The notes below the pieces were generated by a model. The model saw nothing but the letters and a program-made list of their open reading frames with translations, ran no database searches and was not told the origin of the DNA. This document shows, piece after piece, positions 1 to 13,300 of a stretch of DNA of 64,000 bases. Source of the DNA: Azolla caroliniana. Lineage: Eukaryota > Plantae > Polypodiophyta. The translations under genes and the position numbers were made by a program. The DNA lies in NCBI GenBank assembly GCA_043228905.1, contig JBHGNT010000145.1, positions 2,664 through 66,663 of the forward strand, written 5' to 3'. Numbering within the stretch: position 1 is the stretch's first letter; the number at the start of each line of letters is the position of its first letter.

Positions 1-3000
1 CATGTTTGCTAATTTCGTCATGTCTCTCGACCTGAGTTTCAAAATCTTGATTTTTTAATTCCATATCATAGCTAGCGTTGTTAGGTTCGATTCGCATGTT
101 TGAACACAAAAATCCGATATCACACGAGCCAGATATGAACATTTTAATTTACCTACTAGCTCTTCCCAACTCACTCCTGAAATTTGGTAATTTCGTCATG
201 TCTCTCGACCTGAGTTTCAAAATCTTGATTTTTTAATTCCATTTCATAGCTAGCGTTGTTAGCTTCGATTCGCATGTTTGAACACAAAAATCCGATATCA
301 CACGAGCCAGGTATGAACATTTTAATTTACTCAAGGCCTCCTCTGAACTCCCTCCTCATGTTTGCTAATTTCGTCATGTCTCTCGACCTGAGTTTCAAAA
401 GCTTGATTTTTTAATTCCATATTATCGATAGCGTTGTTAGCTTCGATTCGCATGTTTGAACACAAAAATCCGATATCACACTCGCTAGGTATGAACATTT
501 TAATTTACTCAAGGGCTCCTCTCAACTCACTCCTCAAATTTGCTAATTTCGTCATTTCTCTCGACCTGAGTTTCAAAATCTTGATTTTTTAGTTCCATAT
601 CATAGCTAGCGTTGTTAGCTTCGATTCGCATGTTTGAACACAAAAATCCGATATCACACTCGCCAGGTATGAACATTTTAATTTACTCAAGGCCTCCTTT
701 GAACTCCCTCCTCATGTTTGCTAATTTCATCATGTCTCTCGACCTGAGTTTCAAAATCTTGATTTTTTAATTCCATATTATCGATAGCGTTGTTAGCTTC
801 GATTTGCATGTATGAACATAAAAATCTGATATCACACTCGCCAGGTATGAACATTTTAATTTACTCAAGGCCTCCTTTGAACTCCCTCCTCATGTTTGCT
901 AATTTCGTCATATCTCTCGACCTGAGTTTCAAAATCTTGATTTTTTAATTCCATATTATCGATAGCGTTGTTAGCTTCGATCCGCATGTTTGAACACAAA
1001 AATCCGATATCACACTCGCTAGGTATGAACATTTTAATTTACTCAAGGGCTCCTCTCAACTCACTCCTCAAATTTGGTAATTTCGTCATTTCTCTCGACC
1101 TGAGTTTCAAAATCTTGATTTTTTAATTCCATATCATAGCTAGCGTTGTTAGCTTCGATTCGCATGTTTGAACACAAAAATCCGATATCACACTCGCTAG
1201 GTATGAACATTTTAATTTACTCAAGGGCTCCTCTCAACTCACTCCTCATGTTTGCTAATTTTGTCATTTCTCTCGACCTGAGTTTCAAAATCTTGATTTT
1301 TTAACTCCATATCATAGCTAGCGTTGTTAGCTTCGATTCGCATGTTTGAACACAAAAATCCGATATCACACGAGCCAGGTATGAACATTTTAATTTACTC
1401 AAGGCCTCCTTTGAACTCCCTCCTCATGTTTGCTAATTTCGTCATGTCTCTCGACCTGAGTTTCAAAATCTTGATTTTTTAATTCCATATCATAGCTAGC
1501 GTTGTTAGCTTCGATTCGCATGTTTGAACACAAAAATCCGATATCACACTCGCCAGGTATGAACATTTTAATTTACTCAAGGCCTCCTTTGAACTCCCTC
1601 CTCATGGTTGCTAATTTCGTCGTGTCTCTCGACCTGAGTTTCAAAATCTTGATTTTTTAATTCCATATTATCGATAGCGTTGTTAGCTTCGATTTGCATG
1701 TTTGAACACAAAAATCCGATATCACACGAGCCAGGTATGAACATTTTAATTTACTCAAGGCCTCCTTTGAACTCCCTCCTCATGTTTGCTAATTTCGTCG
1801 TGTCTCTCGAACTGAGTTTCAAAATCTTGATTTTTTAATTCCATATTATCGATAGCGTTGTTAGCTTCGATTCGCATGTTTGAACACAAAAATCCGATAT
1901 CACACTCGCCAGGTATGAACATTTTAATTTACTCAAGGCCTCCTTTGAACTCTCTCCTCATGGTTGCTAATTTCGTCGTGTCTCTCGACCTGAGTTTCAA
2001 AATCTTGATTTTTTAATTCCATATTATCGATAGCGTTGTTAGCTTCGATTGGCATGTTTGAACACAAAAATCCGATATCACACGAGCCAGGTATGAACAT
2101 TTTAATTTACTCAAGGCCTCCTTTGAACTCCCTCCTCATGTTTGCTAATTTCGTCGTGTCTCTCGAACTGAGTTTCAAAATCTTGATTTTTTAATTCCAT
2201 ATCATAGCTAGCGTTGTTAGCTTCGATTCGCATGTTTGAACACAAAAATCCGATATCACACGAGCCAGGTATGAACATTTTAATTTACTCAAGGCCTCCT
2301 CTGAACTCCCTCCTCATGGTTGCTAATTTCGTCGTGTCTCTCGACCTGAGTTTCAAAATCTTGATTTTTTAATTCCATATCATAGCTAGCGTTGTTAGGT
2401 TCGATTCGCATGTTTGAACACAAAAATCCGATATCACACGAGCCAGATATGAACATTTTAATTTACCTACTAGCTCTTCCCAACTCACTCCTGAAATTTG
2501 GTAATTTCGTCATGTCTCTCGACCTGAGTTTCAAAATCTTGATTTTTTAATTCCATTTCATAGCTAGCGTTGTTAGCTTCGATTCGCATGTTTGAACACA
2601 AAAATCCGATATCACACGAGCCAGGTATGAACATTTTAATTTACTCAAGGCCTCCTCTGAACTCCCTCCTCATGTTTGCTAATTTCGTCATGTCTCTCGA
2701 CCTGAGTTTCAAAAGCTTGATTTTTTAATTCCATATTATCGATAGCGTTGTTAGCTTCGATTCGCATGTTTGAACACAAAAATCCGATATCACACTCGCT
2801 AGGTATGAACATTTTAATTTACTCAAGGGCTCCTCTCAACTCACTCCTCAAATTTGCTAATTTCGTCATTTCTCTCGACCTGAGTTTCAAAATCTTGATT
2901 TTTTAGTTCAATATCATAGCTAGCGTTGTTAGCTTCGATTCGCATGTTTGAACACAAAAATCCGATATCACACTCGCCAGGTATGAACATTTTAATTTAC

Positions 3001-4300
3001 TCAAGGCCTCCTTTGAACTCCCTCCTCATGTTTGCTAATTTCATCATGTCTCTCGACCTGAGTTTCAAAATCTTGATTTTTTAATTCCATATTATCGATA
3101 GCGTTGTTAGCTTCGATTTGCATGTATGAACATAAAAATCTGATATCACACTCGCCAGGTATGAACATTTTAATTTACTCAAGGCCTCCTTTGAACTCCC
3201 TCCTCATGTTTGCTAATTTCGTCATATCTCTCTACCTGAGTTTCAAAATCTTGATTTTTTAATTCCATATTATCGATAGCGTTGTTAGCTTCGATTCGCA
3301 TGTTTGAACACAAAAATCCGATATCACACTTGCTAGGTATGAACATTTTAATTTACTCAAGGGCTCCTCTCAACTCACTCCTCAAATTTGGTAATTTCGT
3401 CATTTCTCTCGACCTGAGTTTCAAAATCTTGATTTTTTAATTCCATATCATAGCTAGCGTTGTTAGCTTCGATTCACATGTTTGAACACAAAAATCCGAT
3501 ATCACACTCGCTAGGTATGAACATTTTAATTTACTCAAGGGCTCCTCTCAACTCACTCCTCATGTTTGCTAATTTCGTCATTTCTCTCGACCTGAGTTTC
3601 AAAATCTTGATTTTTTAACTCCATATCATAGCTAGCGTTGTTAGCTTCGATTCGCATGTTTGAACACAAAAATCCGATATCACACGAGCCAGGTATGAAC
3701 ATTTTAATTTACTCAAGGCCTCCTTTGAACTCCCTCCTCATGTTTGCTAATTTCGTCATGTCTCTCGACCTGAGTTTCAAAATCTTGATTTTTTAATTCC
3801 ATATCATAGCTAGCGTTGTTAGCTTCGATTCGCATGTTTGAACACAAAAATCCGATATCACACTCGCCAGGTATGAACATTTTAATTTACTCAAGGCCTC
3901 CTTTGAACTCTCTCCTCATGGTTGCTAATTTCGTCGTGTCTCTCGACCTGAGTTTCAAAATCTTGATTTTTTAATTCCATATTATCGATAGCGTTGTTAG
4001 CTTCGATTTGCATGTTTGAACACAAAAATCCGATATCACACGAGCCAGGTATGAACATTTTAATTTACTCAAGGCCTCCTTTGAACTCCCTCCTCATGTT
4101 TGCTAATTTCGTCGTGTCTCTCGAACTGAGTTTCAAAATCTTGATTTTTTAATTCCATATCATAGCTAGCGTTGTTAGCTTCGATTCGCATGTTTGAACA
4201 CAAAAATCCGATATCACACGAGCCAGGTATGAACATTTTAATTTACTCAAGGCCTCCTCTGAACTCCCTCCTCATGGTTGCTAATTTCGTCGTGTCTCTC
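1..4300. repeat. 13-monomer (2314-bp) higher-order duplication
   Basis: Rare variants recur at an offset of 2314 = 13x178: AAAAGCTTGA at 397/2711, TATGAACATAAAAATCTGAT at 811/3125, and the CCTACTAGCTCTTCCC monomer at ~152/2466/4780. The right boundary is approximate. Confidence 0.85.
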
Positions 4301-7300
4301 GACCTGAGTTTCATAATCTTTATTTTTTAATTCCATTTCATAGCTAGCATTGTTAGCTTCGATTCGCATGTTTGAACACAAAAATCCGATATCACACGAG
4401 CCAGGTATGAACTATTTAATTTACTCAAGGCCTCCTTTGAACTCCCTCCTCATGTTTGCTAATTTCGTCATGTCTCTCGACCTGAGTTTCAAAATCTTGA
4501 TTTTTTAATTCCATATCATAGCTAGCGTTGTTAGCTTCGATTCGCATGTTTGAACACAAAAATCCGATATCACACGAGCCATGTATGAACATTTTAATTT
4601 ACTCAAGGCCTCCTTTGAACTCCCTCCTCATGTTTGCTAATTTCGTCGTGTCTCTCGACCTGAGTTTCAAAATCTTGATTTTTTAATTCCATATCATAGC
4701 TAGCGTTGTTAGGTTCGATTCGCATGTTTGAACACAAAAATCCGATATCACACGAGCCAGATATGAACATTTTAATTTACCTACTAGCTCTTCCCAACTC
4801 ACTCCTGAAATTTGGTAATTTCGTCATGTCTCTCGACCTGAGTTTCAAAATCTTGATTTTTTAATTCCATTTCATAGCTAGCGTTGTTAGCTTCGATTCG
4901 CATGTTTGAACACAAAAATCCGATATCACACTCGCTAGGTATGAACATTTTAATTTACTCAAGGGCTCCTCTCAACTCACTCCTCATGTTTGCTAATTTC
5001 GTCATTTCTCTCGACCTGAGTTTCAAATTCTTGATTTTTTAACTCCATATCATAGCTAGCGTTGTTAGCTTCGATTCGCATGTTTGAACACAAAAATCCG
5101 ATATCACACGAGCCAGGTATGAACATTTTAATTTACTCAAGGCCTCCTTTGAACTCCCTCCTCATGTTTGCTAATTTCGTCATGTCTCTCGACCTGAGTT
5201 TCAAAATCTTGATTTTTTAATTCCATATCATAGCTAGCGTTGTTAGCTTCGATTCGCATGTTTGAACACAAAAATCCGATATCACACTCGCCAGGTATGA
5301 ACATTTTAATTTACTCAAGGCCTCCTTTGAACTCCCTCCTCATGGTTGCTAATTTCGTCGTGTCTCTCGACCTGAGTTTCAAAATCTGGATTTTTTAATT
5401 CCATATTATCGATAGCGTTGTTAGCTTCGATTTGCATGTTTGAACACAAAAATCCGATATCACACGAGCCAGGTATGAACATTTTAATTTACTCAAGGCC
5501 TCCTTTGAACTCCCTCCTCATGTTTGCTAATTTCGTCGTGTCTCTCGAACTGAGTTTCAAAATCTTGATTTTTTAATTCCATATCATAGCTAGCGTTGTT
5601 AGCTTCGATTCGCATGTTTGAACACAAAAATCCGATATCACACGAGCCAGGTATGAACATTTTAATTTACTCAAGGCCTCCTCTGAACTCCCTCCTCATG
5701 GTTGCTAATTTCGTCGTGTCTCTCGACCTGAGTTTCATAATCTTTATTTTTTAATTCCATTTCATAGCTAGCATTGTTAGCTTCGATTCGCATGTTTGAA
5801 CACAAAAATCCGATATCACACGAGCCAGGTATGAACTATTTAATTTACTCAAGGCCTCCTTTGAACTCCCTCCTCATGTTTGCTAATTTCGTCATGTCTC
5901 TCGACCTGAGTTTCAAAATCTTGATTTTTTAATTCCATATCATAGCTAGCGTTGTTAGCTTCGATTCGCATGTTTGAACACAAAAATCCGATATCACACG
6001 AGCCAAGTATGAACATTTTAATTTACTCAAGGCCTCCTTTGAACTCCCTCCTCATGTTTGCTAATTTCGTCGTGTCTCTCGACCTGAGTTTCAAAATCTT
6101 GATTTTTTAATTCCATATCATAGCTAGCGTTGTTAGGTTCGATTCGCATGTTTGAACACAAAAATCCGATATCACACGAGCCAGATATGAACATTTTAAT
6201 TTACCTACTAGCTCTTCCCAACTCACTCCTGAAATTTGGTAATTTCGTCATGTCTCTCGACCTGAGTTTCAAAATCTTGATTTTTTAATTCCATATCATA
6301 GCTAGCGTTGTTAGCTTCGATTCGCATGTTTGAACACAAAAATCCGATATCACACGAGCCAGGTATGAACATTTTAATTTACTCAAGGCCTCCTTTGAAC
6401 TCCCTCCTCATGTTTGCTAATTTCGTCATGTCTCTCGACCTGAGTTTCAAAATCTTGATTTTTTAATTCCATATCATAGCTAGCGTTGTTAGCTTCGATT
6501 CGCATGTTTGAACACAAAAATCCGATATCACACTCGCTAGGTATGAACATTTTAATTTACTCAAGGGCTCCTCTCAACTCACTCCTCATGTTTGCTAATT
6601 TCGTCATTTCTCTCGACCTGAGTTTCAAAATCTTGATTTTTTAACTCCATATCATAGCTAGCGTTGTTAGCTTCGATTCGCATGTTTGAACACAAAAATC
6701 CGATATCACACGAGCCAGGTATGAACATTTTAATTTACTCAAGGCCTCCTTTGAACTCCCTCCTCATGTTTGCTAATTTCGTCATGTCTCTCGACCTGAG
6801 TTTCAAAATCTTGATTTTTTAATTCCATATCATAGCTAGCGTTGTTAGCTTCGATTCGCATGTTTGAACACAAAAATCCGATATCACACTCGCCAGGTAT
6901 GAACATTTTAATTTACTCAAGGCCTCCTTTGAACTCTCTCCTCATGGTTGCTAATTTCGTCGTGTCTCTCGACCTGAGTTTCAAAATCTTGATTTTTTAA
7001 TTCCATATTATCGATAGCGTTGTTAGCTTCGATTTGCATGTTTGAACACAAAAATCCGATATCACACGAGCGAGGTATGAACATTTTAATTTACTCAAGG
7101 CCTCCTTTGAACTCCCTCCTCATGTTTGCTAATTTCGTCGTGTCTCTCGAACTGAGTTTCAAAATCTTGATTTTTTAATTCCATATCATAGCTAGCGTTG
7201 TTAGCTTCGATTCGCATGTTTGAACACAAAAATCCGATATCACACGAGCCAGGTATGAACATTTTAATTTACTCAAGGCCTCCTCTGAACTCCCTCCTCA

Positions 7301-10300
7301 TGGTTGCTAATTTCGTCGTGTCTCTCGACCTGAGTTTCATAATCTTTATTTTTTAATTCCATTTCATAGCTAGCATTGTTAGCTTCGATTCGCATGTTTG
7401 AACACAAAAATCCGATATCACACGAGCCAGGTATGAACTATTTAATTTACTCAAGGCCTCCTTTGAACTCCCTCCTCATGTTTGCTAATTTCGTCATGTC
7501 TCTCGACCTGAGTTTCAAAATCTTGATTTTTTAATTCCATATCATAGCTAGCGTTGTTAGCTTCGATTCGCATGTTTGAACACAAAAATCCGATATCACA
7601 CGAGCCATGTATGAACATTTTAATTTACTCAAGGCCTCCTTTGAACTCCCTCCTCATGTTTGCTAATTTCGTCGTGTCTCTCGACCTGAGTTTCAAAATC
7701 TTGATTTTTTAATTCCATATCATAGCTAGCGTTGTTAGGTTCGATTCGCATGTTTGAACACAAAAATCCGATATCACACGAGCCAGATATGAACATTTTA
7801 ATTTACCTACTAGCTCTTCCCAACTCACTCCTGAAATTTGGTAATTTCGTCATGTCTCTCGACCTGAGTTTCAAAATCTTGATTTTTTAATTCCATTTCA
7901 TAGCTAGCGTTGTTAGCTTCGATTCGCATGTTTGAACACAAAAATCCGATATCACACTCGCTAGGTATGAACATTTTAATTTACTCAAGGGCTCCTCTCA
8001 ACTCACTCCTCATGTTTGCTAATTTCGTCATTTCTCTCGACCTGAGTTTCAAATTCTTGATTTTTTAACTCCATATCATAGCTAGCGTTGTTAGCTTCGA
8101 TTCGCATGTTTGAACACAAAAATCCGATATCACACGAGCCAGGTATGAACATTTTAATTTACTCAAGGCCTCCTTTGAACTCCCTCCTCATGTTTGCTAA
8201 TTTCGTCATGTCTCTCGACCTGAGTTTCAAAATCTTGATTTTTTAATTCCATATCATAGCTAGCGTTGTTAGCTTCGATTCGCATGTTTGAACACAAAAA
8301 TCCGATATCACACTCGCCAGGTATGAACATTTTAATTTACTCAAGGCCTCCTTTGAACTCCCTCCTCATGGTTGCTAATTTCGTCGTGTCTCTCGACCTG
8401 AGTTTCAAAATCTGGATTTTTTAATTCCATATTATCGATAGCGTTGTTAGCTTCGATTTGCATGTTTGAACACAAAAATCCGATATCACACGAGCCAGGT
8501 ATGAACATTTTAATTTACTCAAGGCCTCCTTTGAACTCCCTCCTCATGTTTGCTAATTTCGTCGTGTCTCTCGAACTGAGTTTCAAAATCTTGATTTTTT
8601 AATTCCATATCATAGCTAGCGTTGTTAGCTTCGATTCGCATGTTTGAACACAAAAATCCGATATCACACGAGCCAGGTATGAACATTTTAATTTACTCAA
8701 GGCCTCCTCTGAACTCCCTCCTCATGGTTGCTAATTTCGTCGTGTCTCTCGACCTGAGTTTCATAATCTTTATTTTTTAATTCCATTTCATAGCTAGCAT
8801 TGTTAGCTTCGATTCGCATGTTTGAACACAAAAATCCGATATCACACGAGCCAGGTATGAACTATTTAATTTACTCAAGGCCTCCTTTGAACTCCCTCCT
8901 CATGTTTGCTAATTTCGTCATGTCTCTCGACCTGAGTTTCAAAATCTTGATTTTTTAATTCCATATCATAGCTAGCGTTGTTAGCTTCGATTCGCATGTT
9001 TGAACACAAAAATCCGATATCACACGAGCCAAGTATGAACATTTTAATTTACTCAAGGCCTCCTTTGAACTCCCTCCTCATGTTTGCTAATTTCGTCATG
9101 TCTCTCGACCTGAGTTTCAAAATCTTGATTTTTTAATTCCATATTATCGATAGCGTTGTTAGCTTCGATTCGCATGTTTGAACACAAAAATCCGATATCA
9201 CACTTGCTAGGTATGAACATTTTAATTTACTCAAGGGCTCCTCTCAACTCACTCCTCAAATTTGGTAATTTCGTCATTTCTCTCGACCTGAGTTTCAAAA
9301 TCTTGATTTTTTAATTCCATATCATAGCTAGCGTTGTTAGCTTCGATTCACATGTTTGAACACAAAAATCCGATATCACACTCGCTAGGTATGAACATTT
9401 TAATTTACTCAAGGGCTCCTCTCAACTCACTCCTCATGTTTGCTAATTTCGTCATTTCTCTCGACCTGAGTTTCAAAATCTTGATTTTTTAACTCCATAT
9501 CATAGCTAGCGTTGTTAGCTTCGATTCGCATGTTTGAACACAAAAATCCGATATCACACGAGCCAGGTATGAACATTTTAATTTACTCAAGGCCTCCTTT
9601 GAACTCCCTCCTCATGTTTGCTAATTTCGTCATGTCTCTCGACCTGAGTTTCAAAATCTTGATTTTTTAATTCCATATCATAGCTAGCGTTGTTAGCTTC
9701 GATTCGCATGTTTGAACACAAAAATCCGATATCACACTCGCTAGGTATGAACATTTTAATTTACTCAAGGCCTCCTTTGAACTCTCTCCTCATGGTTGCT
9801 AATTTCGTCGTGTCTCTCGACCTGAGTTTCAAAATCTTGATTTTTTAATTCCATATTATCGATAGCGTTGTTAGCTTCGATTTGCATGTTTGAACACAAA
9901 AATCCGATATCACACGAGCCAGGTATGAACATTTTAATTTACTCAAGGCCTCCTTTGAACTCCCTCCTCATGTTTGCTAATTTCGTCGTGTCTCTCGAAC
10001 TGAGTTTCAAAATCTTGATTTTTTAATTCCATATCATAGCTAGCGTTGTTAGCTTCGATTCGCATGTTTGAACACAAAAATCCGATATCACACGAGCCAG
10101 GTATGAACATTTTAATTTACTCAAGGCCTCCTCTGAACTCCCTCCTCATGGTTGCTAATTTCGTCGTGTCTCTCGACCTGAGTTTCATAATCTTTATTTT
10201 TTAATTCCATTTCATAGCTAGCATTGTTAGCTTCGATTCGCATGTTTGAACACAAAAATCCGATATCACACGAGCCAGGTATGAACTATTTAATTTACTC

Positions 10301-13300
10301 AAGGCCTCCTTTGAACTCCCTCCTCATGTTTGCTAATTTCGTCATGTCTCTCGACCTGAGTTTCAAAATCTTGATTTTTTAATTCCATATCATAGCTAGC
10401 GTTGTTAGCTTCGATTCGCATGTTTGAACACAAAAATCCGATATCACACGAGCCATGTATGAACATTTTAATTTACTCAAGGCCTCCTTTGAACTCCCTC
10501 CTCATGTTTGCTAATTTCGTCGTGTCTCTCGACCTGAGTTTCAAAATCTTGATTTTTTAATTCCATATCATAGCTAGCGTTGTTAGGTTCGATTCGCATG
10601 TTTGAACACAAAAATCCGATATCACACGAGCCAGATATGAACATTTTAATTTACCTACTAGCTCTTCCCAACTCACTCCTGAAATTTGGTAATTTCGTCA
10701 TGTCTCTCGACCTGAGTTTCAAAATCTTGATTTTTTAATTCCATTTCATAGCTAGCGTTGTTAGCTTCGATTCGCATGTTTGAACACAAAAATCCGATAT
10801 CACACTCGCTAGGTATGAACATTTTAATTTACTCAAGGGCTCCTCTCAACTCACTCCTCATGTTTGCTAATTTCGTCATTTCTCTCGACCTGAGTTTCAA
10901 ATTCTTGATTTTTTAACTCCATATCATAGCTAGCGTTGTTAGCTTCGATTCGCATGTTTGAACACAAAAATCCGATATCACACGAGCCAGGTATGAACAT
11001 TTTAATTTACTCAAGGCCTCCTTTGAACTCCCTCCTCATGTTTGCTAATTTCGTCATGTCTCTCGACCTGAGTTTCAAAATCTTGATTTTTTAATTCCAT
11101 ATCATAGCTAGCGTTGTTAGCTTCGATTCGCATGTTTGAACACAAAAATCCGATATCACACTCGCCAGGTATGAACATTTTAATTTACTCAAGGCCTCCT
11201 TTGAACTCCCTCCTCATGGTTGCTAATTTCGTCGTGTCTCTCGACCTGAGTTTCAAAATCTGGATTTTTTAATTCCATATTATCGATAGCGTTGTTAGCT
11301 TCGATTTGCATGTTTGAACACAAAAATCCGATATCACACGAGCCAGGTATGAACATTTTAATTTACTCAAGGCCTCCTTTGAACTCCCTCCTCATGTTTG
11401 CTAATTTCGTCGTGTCTCTCGAACTGAGTTTCAAAATCTTGATTTTTTAATTCCATATCATAGCTAGCGTTGTTAGCTTCGATTCGCATGTTTGAACACA
11501 AAAATCCGATATCACACGAGCCAGGTATGAACATTTTAATTTACTCAAGGCCTCCTCTGAACTCCCTCCTCATGGTTGCTAATTTCGTCGTGTCTCTCGA
11601 CCTGAGTTTCATAATCTTTATTTTTTAATTCCATTTCATAGCTAGCATTGTTAGCTTCGATTCGCATGTTTGAACACAAAAATCCGATATCACACGAGCC
11701 AGGTATGAACTATTTAATTTACTCAAGGCCTCCTTTGAACTCCCTCCTCATGTTTGCTAATTTCGTCATGTCTCTCGACCTGAGTTTCAAAATCTTGATT
11801 TTTTAATTCCATATCATAGCTAGCGTTGTTAGCTTCGATTCGCATGTTTGAACACAAAAATCCGATATCACACGAGCCAAGTATGAACATTTTAATTTAC
11901 TCAAGGCCTCCTTTGAACTCCCTCCTCATGTTTGCTAATTTCGTCGTGTCTCTCGACCTGAGTTTCAAAATCTTGATTTTTTAATTCCATATTATCGATA
12001 GCGTTGTTAGCTTCGATTCGCATGTTTGAACACAAAAATCCGATATCACACTTGCTAGGTATGAACATTTTAATTTACTCAAGGGCTCCTCTCAACTCAC
12101 TCCTCAAATTTGGTAATTTCGTCATTTCTCTCGACCTGAGTTTCAAAATCTTGATTTTTTAATTCCATATCATAGCTAGCGTTGTTAGCTTCGATTCACA
12201 TGTTTGAACACAAAAATCCGATATCACACTCGCTAGGTATGAACATTTTAATTTACTCAAGGGCTCCTCTCAACTCACTCCTCATGTTTGCTAATTTCGT
12301 CATTTCTCTCGACCTGAGTTTCAAAATCTTGATTTTTTAACTCCATATCATAGCTAGCGTTGTTAGCTTCGATTCGCATGTTTGAACACAAAAATCCGAT
12401 ATCACACGAGCCAGGTATGAACATTTTAATTTACTCAAGGCCTCCTTTGAACTCCCTCCTCATGTTTGCTAATTTCGTCATGTCTCTCGACCTGAGTTTC
12501 AAAATCTTGATTTTTTAATTCCATATCATAGCTAGCGTTGTTAGCTTCGATTCGCATGTTTGAACACAAAAATCCGATATCACACTCGCTAGGTATGAAC
12601 ATTTTAATTTACTCAAGGCCTCCTTTGAACTCTCTCCTCATGGTTGCTAATTTCGTCGTGTCTCTCGACCTGAGTTTCAAAATCTTGATTTTTTAATTCC
12701 ATATTATCGATAGCGTTGTTAGCTTCGATTTGCATGTTTGAACACAAAAATCCGATATCACACGAGCCAGGTATGAACATTTTAATTTACTCAAGGCCTC
12801 CTTTGAACTCCCTCCTCATGTTTGCTAATTTCGTCGTGTCTCTCGAACTGAGTTTCAAAATCTTGATTTTTTAATTCCATATCATAGCTAGCGTTGTTAG
12901 CTTCGATTCGCATGTTTGAACACAAAAATCCGATATCACACGAGCCAGGTATGAACATTTTAATTTACTCAAGGCCTCCTCTGAACTCCCTCCTCATGGT
13001 TGCTAATTTCGTCGTGTCTCTCGACCTGAGTTTCATAATCTTTATTTTTTAATTCCATTTCATAGCTAGCATTGTTAGCTTCGATTCGCATGTTTGAACA
13101 CAAAAATCCGATATCACACGAGCCAGGTATGAACTATTTAATTTACTCAAGGCCTCCTTTGAACTCCCTCCTCATGTTTGCTAATTTCGTCATGTCTCTC
13201 GACCTGAGTTTCAAAATCTTGATTTTTTAATTCCATATCATAGCTAGCGTTGTTAGCTTCGATTCGCATGTTTGAACACAAAAATCCGATATCACACGAG

